A stretch of DNA of 64,000 bases from an archaeon (GTDB lineage: Archaea; SpSt-1190; DYHY01). The DNA lies in assembly GCA_037442745.1 (NCBI GenBank), contig JBBIPP010000003.1:30568-94567 (forward strand). Reading direction: 5' to 3'. The notes below the pieces were generated by a model. It was given only the letters and a program-made list of their open reading frames with translations. It was not told where the DNA came from and did no database searches. Below, in pieces: positions 1 through 8,198 of the stretch. The position numbers and the translations under genes were made by a program. Position 1 is the stretch's first letter. Every line of letters begins with the position of its first letter.

Positions 1-160
1 TTGCTGAAATTGCTTCGGGGTTTTTCGCCTTTACCCGGCTTGTCAGGCGGTAGAATCTGTTGAATTTCCCTGATTTCACGACCCTCGGCCATTCGACAAT
101 TGCAGTCCCCTGCATTCTTGCGGACACTATTGTGCCTTCGAAGAATTTCCCTCGGGTCAT
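1..160 (-). CDS. rps17: 30S ribosomal protein S17 (partial, N-terminal part; continues beyond window start)
   Basis: Minus-strand reading from ATG at 160..158, which overlaps the Rpp29 stop. It gives MTRGKFFEGTIVSARMQGTAIVEWPRVVKS..KAKNPE, S17-like (GxVVS.KM.KT.vV). Position after Rpp29 matches the archaeal L29-Rnp1-S17 order. Confidence 0.55.
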   Translation of the reverse strand, partial: MTRGKFFEGTIVSARMQGTAIVEWPRVVKSGKFNRFYRLTSRVKAKNPEAISA

Positions 161-609
161 TATTTTCTGGGAGCTTTCGCTCTTAGAAGTTTGAGCAGTC
201 TTTTTGTTCTTTCTTCCGGTTTCGCGTGGATTGTCCATCCTTGTATATCGACCTTTTTGACCTGTTTTCGGCGTTGTCCGCATACAGATTCGCAATTGTC
301 CGGAAGCGTGAACCGGAAAGTCGTCCCTACCTTCTGGACGGATACAGTCTTTCCCGTGCGCGTGTTCTTCTTCTTCTTTTTCTTCTTTTTCTTCGGATTG
401 CTTCCCTGTTCGGACAAGCCCTCTTTTTTGACAACTAAAAGGTTCTCGGTCTCGTCGATTACCTTCCCGGAGATTCCCCTCTGGGTCGGATCGCTCGAGA
501 ATACAACTTCTACTTTCAGGCCTATTAGCTCGTGGCCTGCGAGGTTTTTCTCCGATATTGGCGCGTTTTCTCGCGCTTTTCTCGTTAGGGCCGAATCTGG
601 CACAATCAT
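160..609 (-). CDS. rnp1: RNase P protein component 1 (Rpp29/Pop4 family) with internal poly-Lys tract
   Basis: 149 aa. Motif GLKVEVVFSSDPTQRGISGKVIDETENLLVV matches the Rpp29 core (GLkVkVv.s.n.slvGi.G.VvdETrNtL). It sits between L29/SUI1 and S17 as in archaeal r-protein operons. Confidence 0.6.
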   Translation of the reverse strand: MIVPDSALTRKARENAPISEKNLAGHELIGLKVEVVFSSDPTQRGISGKVIDETENLLVVKKEGLSEQGSNPKKKKKKKKKNTRTGKTVSVQKVGTTFRFTLPDNCESVCGQRRKQVKKVDIQGWTIHAKPEERTKRLLKLLRAKAPRK

Positions 610-644
610 CTGCTGGAAGCTTGTGGAATTCCAGAAGACCCTTT

Positions 645-2315
645 TTAAGCTTTTCTTGAAACTGAAAAAGCCCCTTTTCCGGAAACAATTGCGTTAGTTT
701 TGAACAAGTCAGTCCTTGGGGGGCTGTATTCAGTCTCCTTTCCGGTTCTTCTGTCAACTCGGATTGTTGTTATTCCGCAGGTGGCGCAGCACGAGTTCGA
801 GGCAGAAAAGCCATTCTTTGATATCTGCATTGTTGTCCAGGAATACTCGAAAATCCCGGTTTCTTCGTCAAGATTGGAAGAGCAAAGGAAGGGAATTTCT
901 ATTGTTTCCCGTCCGGCAACTGACTGGGCTTGGAGATCGCTCCCGGAGACTTTGGATGAATTTATCCCAATTATTGCGAGCGCTGTCGGAACAATGTCTG
1001 CCGATGTCCCGAGAACTGGGGTCCTTCCTCCGCTTGCCCTTGGAACATATATGATTAGGGGAATGTTTGAAGCGCTTGCTGAGGGGATCCAGAATCCGAA
1101 TGGGGAATATGTTGGAAGAGCGGTTTCAATTCCTGACTCGCTGTCTTTCAGGTGTAAAGGCTTTCCTGTAAATGGGAGGGGGTATGTTGAGGTAATCACA
1201 ATTACTGTCTTTCCGAGTAGCCCCTTTTTTTTGAGAGCTGAGAGTATTTCTGAAATGGATGAATCGAGCAGGTCAAGACCTCTTTTCCTCTCTGAGAAAA
1301 GGTCGCCTATTTTCGCATCTTCTCCTTTCAATTCCGATAAGCGGGCTCCGTTGCCCAGAGGGATTTCCCTATATGCTTTGCCGGATTCCGAATCAACCCT
1401 TATTGCCCCGGCTCCGAAAGGATATTTCCTGAGGGAATATTTCTGCCAGGCAAGCGCGGATTCGCTTGATCTTGCGAAATAGGCGAACTTTTTGTCGTTG
1501 GGAATCTTTTCAATTGATTCCGCCAGATTGGACAATGCATTTCCTTCAAAGTGCACCTTTTCTACCCTTTCAAGGCTGAAGGGGAGCCCGTAAGCCTCTT
1601 CGAGGGTATTTGCTGGATAGTCCGAAAAATATTCTGAAGAATATCCAAGTTCAGCAGTCTCGGATATTATGAGCATTCTTGAGAGTGAATAGTTGGCTGG
1701 TTTGAGCGTTTCGTCCCCGTAAAACGGTGAGAGAAAAAAACCCCTTTCAGGATCCGGAAGGCTTCCGGATGCAATTGCCTCCTCTTCCGAGAATGCGCCC
1801 CCGTATACTGGCGAATATATTTCCTCGAAAATTAGGGAGTTCGGCTCAAGGGGTCTAAGAGAGCGCAACTTTCCAGTCTCGGAGTTGAATCTGTATTGGG
1901 CAACCTCCCCTATTGAGAGGCCGTCTATTGCGATTACTATCAGGTTGCAGCCAGGGCAGAGCGCCCGCGGAATGGCTTCTCCGGGAACTGTTCGCCCATC
2001 GCTAGATCCTGTGAGGAACCAGACAATGGCAGTCAGGATTATTGCGGAGACAAGTATTGTTATTGCCGGAAGAATCTTCGGATTCTTCCTAATCTCTGAG
2101 ATTACTTCCGAGAGCATGTCGAACCCGAGAAGAATGATTAAAACAACTCCGACGGCAATGAAAGTGCCTTCAGAAAGCCTTAGGAACTTTTCTTTCGCGC
2201 TTAATGCGAAATAGTTGTCGGATCCAAGCCCCCAGTTAGCGCCTGCGAACGCGAGAAATATTAGGGAGAGCAGGAGGCCTGTCAGCATTCCCTTCAGTTC
2301 GGGCATTTTTTGCAC
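645..2315 (-). CDS. membrane-anchored alkaline-phosphatase-superfamily enzyme (type I phosphodiesterase/nucleotide pyrophosphatase- or sulfatase-like)
   Basis: 556 aa with N-terminal TM helices, then LIVIAIDGLSIGE (DG metal-ligand motif of the AP superfamily) and a TVIVITSTYP segment. Family assignment is tentative. Confidence 0.35.
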   Translation of the reverse strand: MQKMPELKGMLTGLLLSLIFLAFAGANWGLGSDNYFALSAKEKFLRLSEGTFIAVGVVLIILLGFDMLSEVISEIRKNPKILPAITILVSAIILTAIVWFLTGSSDGRTVPGEAIPRALCPGCNLIVIAIDGLSIGEVAQYRFNSETGKLRSLRPLEPNSLIFEEIYSPVYGGAFSEEEAIASGSLPDPERGFFLSPFYGDETLKPANYSLSRMLIISETAELGYSSEYFSDYPANTLEEAYGLPFSLERVEKVHFEGNALSNLAESIEKIPNDKKFAYFARSSESALAWQKYSLRKYPFGAGAIRVDSESGKAYREIPLGNGARLSELKGEDAKIGDLFSERKRGLDLLDSSISEILSALKKKGLLGKTVIVITSTYPLPFTGKPLHLKDSESGIETALPTYSPFGFWIPSASASNIPLIIYVPRASGGRTPVLGTSADIVPTALAIIGINSSKVSGSDLQAQSVAGRETIEIPFLCSSNLDEETGIFEYSWTTMQISKNGFSASNSCCATCGITTIRVDRRTGKETEYSPPRTDLFKTNAIVSGKGAFSVSRKA

Positions 2316-2354
2316 CTTTTTTTTCCGGGCAGTCGCGAGACATTTTCCGGGATG

Positions 2355-2636
2355 TTATTTTATCTCAACTGATTCTTCCGGGAATCCGGCCGATACGAGA
2401 GCGGAAAGTATCCTTTTCCGATGGTCTCCTTGGAGCTCGACAACTCCCGAGCGGTCAGTCCCCCCGCAGGCGAGCTTTTCCTTCAGCTTCTTTGTTACAT
2501 CTCCGATATTGACGTCGCGGGGATTCAGGCCCTCTACAAGAGTGACGTTCTTCTTGAACCGCCTCTGCTCGAGCCTCACAATTATTTTCTGGGCTTCCCT
2601 AGAAATGCTCTCGCAAACGCAGAAATCCTTTGGCAA
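2355..2636 (-). CDS. translation initiation factor SUI1/eIF1
   Basis: 93 aa. KIIVRLEQRRFKKNVTLVEGL...ACGGT...ELQGDHR is the typical SUI1 fold signature. Located in the r-protein operon next to L29. Confidence 0.8.
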   Translation of the reverse strand: MPKDFCVCESISREAQKIIVRLEQRRFKKNVTLVEGLNPRDVNIGDVTKKLKEKLACGGTDRSGVVELQGDHRKRILSALVSAGFPEESVEIK

Positions 2637-2662
2637 TCCGCATTTTTTGCAGACATCCGTTC

Positions 2663-2923
2663 CTATTTCTTTTTCACGCTCGCTTGGGTTTTGGGGGCTC
2701 TTGCCTTTTTACCTTTGCCTTTTTTGCCGTTGGTTTTGGCGTTTTGGATTGTCAAAAGCTGGGCAACTGTCCTCCTCAGGTTCTTGATTGTGGAGGGTTT
2801 TGTCGGGGCGCCTCCGGTAGCGCGCTTTGACTGCTCCCGCGAAAGCTGGGAGCGCGTCTCCTTGAGCCGTTTTTCTATTTCCTGCCCGTTTCCGGCAAGC
2901 TTTGAGAGTTCGTTTGATTTCAT
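2663..2923 (-). CDS. rpl29: 50S ribosomal protein L29
   Basis: 86 aa basic protein, L29-like N-terminus (SNELSKLAGNGQEIEKRLKETRSQLSREQSKRATGGAPTKPSTIKNLRRTVAQL), immediately downstream of S3. Confidence 0.7.
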   Translation of the reverse strand: MKSNELSKLAGNGQEIEKRLKETRSQLSREQSKRATGGAPTKPSTIKNLRRTVAQLLTIQNAKTNGKKGKGKKARAPKTQASVKKK

Positions 2924-2926
2924 TCC

Positions 2927-3604
2927 TTATTCAACCTCCAGTTTTGTGTCAACTTTGGCTTCTGCCTTGACCTCGGTCTTGATTTCGGCCTTTGGCTTGG
3001 GCGATGGAGTCTTGGCAGTAATTAGTATTTCGTCCGGGAACGCGACATTCGGGGGCATTATCCTTACCCTCACTCCGACAACTCCCGGTTTCAATTGGGC
3101 GTCGTAATAGCCGACCAACACGTCGTCTTTGACGACCTGCCCGCAGTGCCGGATGTATCCTTTCTTGAATATCCAATCCTTTGCCCTGGAAGAGGGGACT
3201 TTTCCGGAAATCCTGACTTCTGCGCCTCTTGCCCCGGATTCCATTATCCTGTCAAGAACCCTGTGGGCGACTTTCTTGAAATAATATCCGCGTTCAAGGA
3301 GGTTTCCTATTTTCGCCGCTTGGAGCTGGGCGTCAATGTCCGGCTGTTCTATCTGCTTGACTTCGACCTGCGGATTGTCTATCTTATAGTTGTTCTTGAA
3401 AGCGTCTGTGAGATCCTTTATTGCCTCTCCGCCTCTCCCGATTACGAGCCCGGGCCTTGTTGCGTAGATTATTACGCGGGTTCCCATTGGCGTCCGCTTT
3501 ATCTCGGCATGTGAGTATCCAGCCCGCCTGAGCTTTTCGTTGAGATATTTCTTGACTTCTAGCTCCTTTGCCTTTTCCGTTATGAAAAATCTTTCAACTG
3601 TCAT
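2927..3604 (-). CDS. rps3: 30S ribosomal protein S3
   Basis: 225 aa with KH-domain signature RTPMGTRVIIYATRPGLVIGRGGEAIKDL and a Lys/Glu-rich C-tail typical of archaeal S3. Confidence 0.9.
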   Translation of the reverse strand: MTVERFFITEKAKELEVKKYLNEKLRRAGYSHAEIKRTPMGTRVIIYATRPGLVIGRGGEAIKDLTDAFKNNYKIDNPQVEVKQIEQPDIDAQLQAAKIGNLLERGYYFKKVAHRVLDRIMESGARGAEVRISGKVPSSRAKDWIFKKGYIRHCGQVVKDDVLVGYYDAQLKPGVVGVRVRIMPPNVAFPDEILITAKTPSPKPKAEIKTEVKAEAKVDTKLEVE

Positions 3605-3628
3605 TTTTTCTCTTTCCTCGCTCTTTTA

Positions 3629-4087
3629 TCAGGATTTTTTCTCCTCTAAGACCAATTGGATGTTCGCCCTTCTCGACCTTTGGGAAGGCCCCTTTGAGAA
3701 CACTCTCGCGTTCCCGGGCCTCTTGTGAAACGACCTGTTCGCAACTGCGGACGCGACATAGAGCTTTTGGGTATCCATTCCCTTGGCTTTCGCGTTCGCC
3801 TGCGCGTTCTTCAGCAGGAGAAGGAACTCTTTTGCGGCGTTGACCGGATACCTTCCGGGGCCAATCCCGGGCTTGTGGCCGAGTTCTGTGTTGTGCCTCG
3901 TGAACTTGACTGGAGTCTCCTTTGCAATCACCCCTTCGAGGATCGCCTGCGCCCTTTTGGCAGTCAGCCCTTTCAGGTTGTGCGCAAGCTCCCTTGCCTC
4001 TTTGGGCGAGAGGTGCGTTGCGTCGGCCTTTGCCGCTGCGAACTTTGTCTTCTGCGACTTTGGATTGTATGCGTAGTTTCCTGCCAT
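3629..4087 (-). CDS. rpl22: 50S ribosomal protein L22
   Basis: 152 aa, AKADATHLSPKEARELAHNLKGLTAKRAQAILEGVI, L22 family, between S19 and S3. Confidence 0.85.
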   Translation of the reverse strand: MAGNYAYNPKSQKTKFAAAKADATHLSPKEARELAHNLKGLTAKRAQAILEGVIAKETPVKFTRHNTELGHKPGIGPGRYPVNAAKEFLLLLKNAQANAKAKGMDTQKLYVASAVANRSFHKRPGNARVFSKGPSQRSRRANIQLVLEEKKS

Positions 4088-4113
4088 TTTTTCTTATTCT
4101 CCCCTTGTTTTCC

Positions 4114-4512
4114 CTATTTGAGCGGAATGAACATGCTGCTTTTTGTCGCCCCTATTCCCGGAGCTCCGTGGCTGACCCGCTTCCTTGTCGAAACGAACTC
4201 TCCTAGCCTGTGGCCAAGCTGTTCTGGCTGTATTTCGAATGTCACAAACTCCTTTCCGGAATATACCGCAATCAACGCTCCGACCATTTGGGGCGTTATT
4301 ATAATGTCCCTGCAGTGGGTCCGTATCGGCTTTTTGTTCGAGCCAGTCTTTGCGGCTTCCAGGACCTCGAAAACGAACTTCTTCTCAGTCGGCGAGAACC
4401 CCCGGAGAAGCCTTCTCCGTGCGTTTGCGGGAACTAGTTTTGAGAACTCTTGGAGCGTGAGCTTTTGCAGTTCCTCTAGAGTTTTTCCTCGGTATTTGAA
4501 TATTCTTGCCAT
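4114..4512 (-). CDS. rps19: 30S ribosomal protein S19
   Basis: 132 aa. KKFVFEVLEAAKTGSNKKPIRTHCRDIIITPQMVG matches S19 (RTH.RdmiI.PemVG). Confidence 0.9.
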   Translation of the reverse strand: MARIFKYRGKTLEELQKLTLQEFSKLVPANARRRLLRGFSPTEKKFVFEVLEAAKTGSNKKPIRTHCRDIIITPQMVGALIAVYSGKEFVTFEIQPEQLGHRLGEFVSTRKRVSHGAPGIGATKSSMFIPLK

Positions 4513-4518
4513 TCTTTA

Positions 4519-5334
4519 TTATGCGCTCTCCTTGTTCGTGTTCTTTCTGGACTCGGACTGCTGGGACTGGCCGGAGGCTACTTCCTTCGAGCCCCCACCT
4601 ACCTGCGCCCGGAGTTTCTTCTTCGAGCCACCGCGACCCATTGACCTTGCGGCAATGCTCCCCACTTTCCTTCCTGGCGGGGCATTGTGGGTAACAGTCT
4701 GGGATTTGCCAAGATGCTGGTGCCCTCCCCCTCCGAACGGATGGTCGACCGGGTTCCTTGCGGACGCAGATGAGCGCGGCCATCTGAGGTTCCGTGCGTG
4801 CATCTTATAGTGCATTTTGCCCGCTTTTGCGAAAGGCTTGAGCGTCCTTCCTCCGCCCGACGCGACTCCGATCGTTGCCCTTGAAAATGGCGAGAAGGAT
4901 TTGGTCTCGCCCGAGGGAAGCCTGACATTCACTCCCTTTGAATCCTTTGAGACAATGTATCCGTAGCTCCCGGACGAATGGAGGACTTTTCCTCCGTCAC
5001 CTGGCCGAAGCTCAATGTTGAAGAGGGGCGTTCCGTCGGAAATCCTTCCCAGAGGGAGGACGTTTCCCGCCTTTATTTCGGACGCTTCCCCTATTGTTAT
5101 CGAGCTTCCGACAAGGAGGCCGTCGCTTGCCGGGAGAAAGTGTTTCTTCCCTGAGAAATCAACGACTGCGAGCGGAATGTTGTGCCCGATGGAATGTATG
5201 AGATCCTCGACTTTTCCGATGAGGGTCTCCTCGCTGATGTCGGGATATGATATTTTCCCGGCATATCTGTGAGAAGGCGCCCGAAATGTCGGAAGGTTCT
5301 TTCCTCTTCTTTGTTGCGGTAGTCTTTTTCCCAT
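4519..5334 (-). CDS. rpl2: 50S ribosomal protein L2
   Basis: 271 aa starting MGKRLPQQRRGKNLPTFRAPSHRY, with GGGHQHLGKSQTV and SIAARSMGRGGSKK L2 motifs. Confidence 0.9.
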   Translation of the reverse strand: MGKRLPQQRRGKNLPTFRAPSHRYAGKISYPDISEETLIGKVEDLIHSIGHNIPLAVVDFSGKKHFLPASDGLLVGSSITIGEASEIKAGNVLPLGRISDGTPLFNIELRPGDGGKVLHSSGSYGYIVSKDSKGVNVRLPSGETKSFSPFSRATIGVASGGGRTLKPFAKAGKMHYKMHARNLRWPRSSASARNPVDHPFGGGGHQHLGKSQTVTHNAPPGRKVGSIAARSMGRGGSKKKLRAQVGGGSKEVASGQSQQSESRKNTNKESA

Positions 5335-5337
5335 TTT

Positions 5338-5679
5338 TTATAGCATCCCCAGTTTAGAAGCGAGATCTGTCGCGGAATAGTCGGCAGTCAGCCTGACAAA
5401 CGCCTTCTTTTTCCCTGCGGAAAACGAGTTGTTCGTCCTTACTGACGCGACTTTTACGCTGTAGAGAGATTCCACAGCAATCTTTATTGTGCGCTTTGTC
5501 GCATTTCTTGCGACAACGAAAGTCATAACGTTGTCTGCAGAGCCCCTGACTGATTTTTCGGTCGAGCTCGGATAGAGAATCACCGTTTCAGGAACGAAAT
5601 TTTCCGGGAGTTTCTTCCCGGTCGCCTGCTGCCTTTTCGCTGGGGGCTTTTCCTTTGTTTCGGTATTAGCGTTTTCCAT
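5338..5679 (-). CDS. rpl23: 50S ribosomal protein L23
   Basis: ORF 5338..5718. Likely start is the internal Met (MENANTE..., 5679) to avoid a long overlap with L4. TEKSVRGSADNVMTFVVARNATKRTIKIAVESLYSVKVASVRT is L23-like. Confidence 0.75.
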   Translation of the reverse strand: MENANTETKEKPPAKRQQATGKKLPENFVPETVILYPSSTEKSVRGSADNVMTFVVARNATKRTIKIAVESLYSVKVASVRTNNSFSAGKKKAFVRLTADYSATDLASKLGML

Positions 5680-6487
5680 TCGTATAGAGTCCTTCCTCCT
5701 TGAGTTTTTCGATTGCACCCTCGCTCCAGACAGTCACCCTTCCGGGCACGCCTCCGGGAGCGAGAAGCTCGGCCGAGAGCTTTTTGACTGAGGCAGAATC
5801 AATCCCGGGTATTCCAGTCGCGCCCTTGGGTTTTGAATCGGAATAGATGAAGAGGACGGATTTTTTCTTCTTGTAGGGCCTTCCCCTCATCTTTCCCTTG
5901 CCCGCCCTCCTTGTCTTCTCTTTCCCCCTCTCAAGCTCTTCTGCTAGACCGAGCTTTTCAAGGAGCGCTATGAAATCTTTGGTCTTTGATATTTTTTCCG
6001 AATCTGCTTCGACAATGAAAGGGAGGGCGGTCTTCTCAGAGAGCCTGTGTCCCCTTGCAATCACAGCACCAATGTCTGCTGTCGCGGTTATTGCAGACCT
6101 TATTGCGAGCCGTCTTTCCTTTATGTTAATGTCGTTTGAAAAATTCCTGTAAGGTATTGGCGCATGGGCTGCGCGTCCGCCTACTGACTGCGGGACTATT
6201 TTAGTCTGGCCCGCTCGCCTTCCGCCCTTCTTGATTAGGAGCCTTGGGAGCCGGGCGCGGCCATAGCTGTACGAGTGTCCCCATCCTTTCCTTGTTCCTT
6301 TATATTTGGCGGATGTCCGCTGTCCAGATTCCGGGTCCGGTCCATATCCTTGCCTCCGGTTGTTCTGGGCTGCGATGACTGCCCGCTTTATGACATCGGG
6401 CCTCGCGCGTTCCGAGAACTGAACGGGAAGCTCTAAAGTTTTCTGAGTCTTTTCCCCTTTTGCCGAATAAACATGCACGTTTACCAT
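5666..6487 (-). CDS. rpl4: 50S ribosomal protein L4
   Basis: 273 aa, MVNVHVYSAKGEKTQKTLELPVQFSERARPDVIKRAV... L4 family, between L3 and L23. Confidence 0.85.
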   Translation of the reverse strand: MVNVHVYSAKGEKTQKTLELPVQFSERARPDVIKRAVIAAQNNRRQGYGPDPESGQRTSAKYKGTRKGWGHSYSYGRARLPRLLIKKGGRRAGQTKIVPQSVGGRAAHAPIPYRNFSNDINIKERRLAIRSAITATADIGAVIARGHRLSEKTALPFIVEADSEKISKTKDFIALLEKLGLAEELERGKEKTRRAGKGKMRGRPYKKKKSVLFIYSDSKPKGATGIPGIDSASVKKLSAELLAPGGVPGRVTVWSEGAIEKLKEEGLYTNGKR

Positions 6488-6488
6488 T

Positions 6489-7433
6489 CTAGATCTTTAC
6501 CCCCTCTATTGAGACGTTCGCAATTCTCTGCGGATCGAAAACCTTGTCGCGAACCCTTGCCGCGAACCTCATACGGACAAGCCTCTTTGCGGGCCCGGGA
6601 ATTGAGCCGTGGAGGAGTATTACATCCCCCTCAACTTTTCCGTACCTGTTCGCGGAGCCGTTGAAAGTTGTTATTGAGAGGACGCGCTTGTTATAGTCGC
6701 ACCTCTGGTGGTATCCCGTCTTCCCCCCCATTGGAGTCTGCCAAAGGACCCTTTTCGGCCTCCAGCTCCCGATGTTGGCTGGCCTTCTCCTTGACCGCTT
6801 GGTTTTGACTGACATCAGTGGAACGTTCATTCTTTGAATTGGCCCCAAGAACCCTCTTCCCTTGGATACTGCAAATACGTCCAGATAGTCCCCGACTGCC
6901 AGAACATCTGACGCCTTTAGCTCCTTTCCGACAAGCTCAATTGCCTGCTTTTTTTGGGCCTCTGCGTCTCCCGAGAGGGCGACTTCCATTATTTCTGGCT
7001 TTTTCTTTCCGAAACCTGCGAGTCTCGGTTGCATTGACATTATTATGACAACGCGGTCGAATTCCTTGACTTCCTTTGGAGCCTTTTCGGCTTTTGGGAG
7101 GGGCCTTATTGTTCTTCCGAGATCCTTGTGGAGGTTGGGGGCAAACAACTGGCCGACGGCCTTTTCCTTGAGATAGAACCTCGCTCCAATAACCTTCACC
7201 GGGGGGACCTGGATTACTGTCACCGGCTCCTGCCTCGGCTGGTTGACAAGGGCGCTCTTGGGGTTGTTCTCAATGAGTTCGGCGTGCATTGTGGTAACTT
7301 TGTATCCGGCGAACCCGAGAACGGTTTTTCCGTCTCTTTCAACCCATGTGCGGATTCTTGGCACTTCGGATTTCGCCCTGTTTCTCGGGGCAAACTGCCT
7401 TGACCCGCGTCGAGGATGACTGAATTTTCCCAT
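6489..7433 (-). CDS. rpl3: 50S ribosomal protein L3
   Basis: 314 aa, MGKFSHPRRGSRQFAPRNRAKSE...GFAGYKVTTMH, archaeal L3. First gene of the operon. Confidence 0.9.
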   Translation of the reverse strand: MGKFSHPRRGSRQFAPRNRAKSEVPRIRTWVERDGKTVLGFAGYKVTTMHAELIENNPKSALVNQPRQEPVTVIQVPPVKVIGARFYLKEKAVGQLFAPNLHKDLGRTIRPLPKAEKAPKEVKEFDRVVIIMSMQPRLAGFGKKKPEIMEVALSGDAEAQKKQAIELVGKELKASDVLAVGDYLDVFAVSKGRGFLGPIQRMNVPLMSVKTKRSRRRPANIGSWRPKRVLWQTPMGGKTGYHQRCDYNKRVLSITTFNGSANRYGKVEGDVILLHGSIPGPAKRLVRMRFAARVRDKVFDPQRIANVSIEGVKI

Positions 7434-7461
7434 TTTGCTTCAGGGGCAGGTTTCCTGCCAC

Positions 7462-7472
7462 TCTTTATAAGT
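7462..7472 (-). promoter_or_regulatory. TATA-like box (CTTATAAAGAG on minus strand) upstream of the L3 operon, followed by a GGCAGG-TTT-CCTGCC hairpin
   Basis: AT-rich TTATAAAG element about 30-40 nt upstream of the rpl3 ATG. A perfect 6-bp-stem inverted repeat at 7446..7460 lies between it and the start. Confidence 0.3.
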
Positions 7473-7509
7473 ATTCGTGGTTTTTAAAGGGTGGCGGGTT
7501 GCCTCCCTT

Positions 7510-8148
7510 TCACGCTTTTTCCTCAGAGACGCTCTCGTCCGCCTTCAGCCAGAGGTGGTAGAAGAACATGTACACCGCACGGAGGAACATTTCTATCAGG
7601 ATCACTACCATAAGGAAGCTCCAGATTGTCGTTATTCCGGTGACCGCATCAGTTATTCTTGGGAGTGCGTTTGAAAGCAGGTCAAGGTTCGGGTTTGAAA
7701 GGAACGTTGCGAGGAGGACTATTGGCAGGATTTTCGCTATTTCCGTCGAGAGCTCTTCTTTGTAATATGCCGCAATCCGAACTGCCGTTATTATTGCAAT
7801 TGACAGTATGAAAATCTGGGTGGGCGCCTGGTTTGAGAGGACTAGGAGAATTCCCGAAATTGCGGCAAACCAGAGGAAAACAAGGAAGGGGAGGGCAAGC
7901 ATGAACTTGAATATCCAGAAAAGCAGGCGGACGAACGCGCTTTTATGGGCAGTGTCAATCCTTACGAAATCCCGCTTGGACATTCCGCGGTAGAAATTGA
8001 ACGCAATGAAGGAATACAGGAAAATCCCGGCAGAAAGAATGCCAATTTGCCTGAAAACCGGGAGAGTTGTCTCTGAGAATATCTGGGAGATTATTTTGGA
8101 TACTATTGAAATGGATTTCTCAATTGCTATTGCGAATCCTGCGTCCAT
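7510..8148 (-). CDS. hypothetical integral membrane protein (about 5 TM helices)
   Basis: 212 aa, highly hydrophobic, no recognisable catalytic motif. Confidence 0.4.
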   Translation of the reverse strand: MDAGFAIAIEKSISIVSKIISQIFSETTLPVFRQIGILSAGIFLYSFIAFNFYRGMSKRDFVRIDTAHKSAFVRLLFWIFKFMLALPFLVFLWFAAISGILLVLSNQAPTQIFILSIAIITAVRIAAYYKEELSTEIAKILPIVLLATFLSNPNLDLLSNALPRITDAVTGITTIWSFLMVVILIEMFLRAVYMFFYHLWLKADESVSEEKA

Positions 8149-8198
8149 TTTGTTCTCTTATTTCGGGTGCTTCCGGATTTAAGTTTACTCATCGGGGT

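Noticed and set aside
191-1482. Plus-strand ORFs 191..697, 226..438, 700..1482 and 716..1054 overlapping Rpp29 and the AP-superfamily gene
   Set aside because: Antisense shadow ORFs of well-supported minus-strand genes. Low-complexity translations (poly-F from the poly-K tract) and no motifs.
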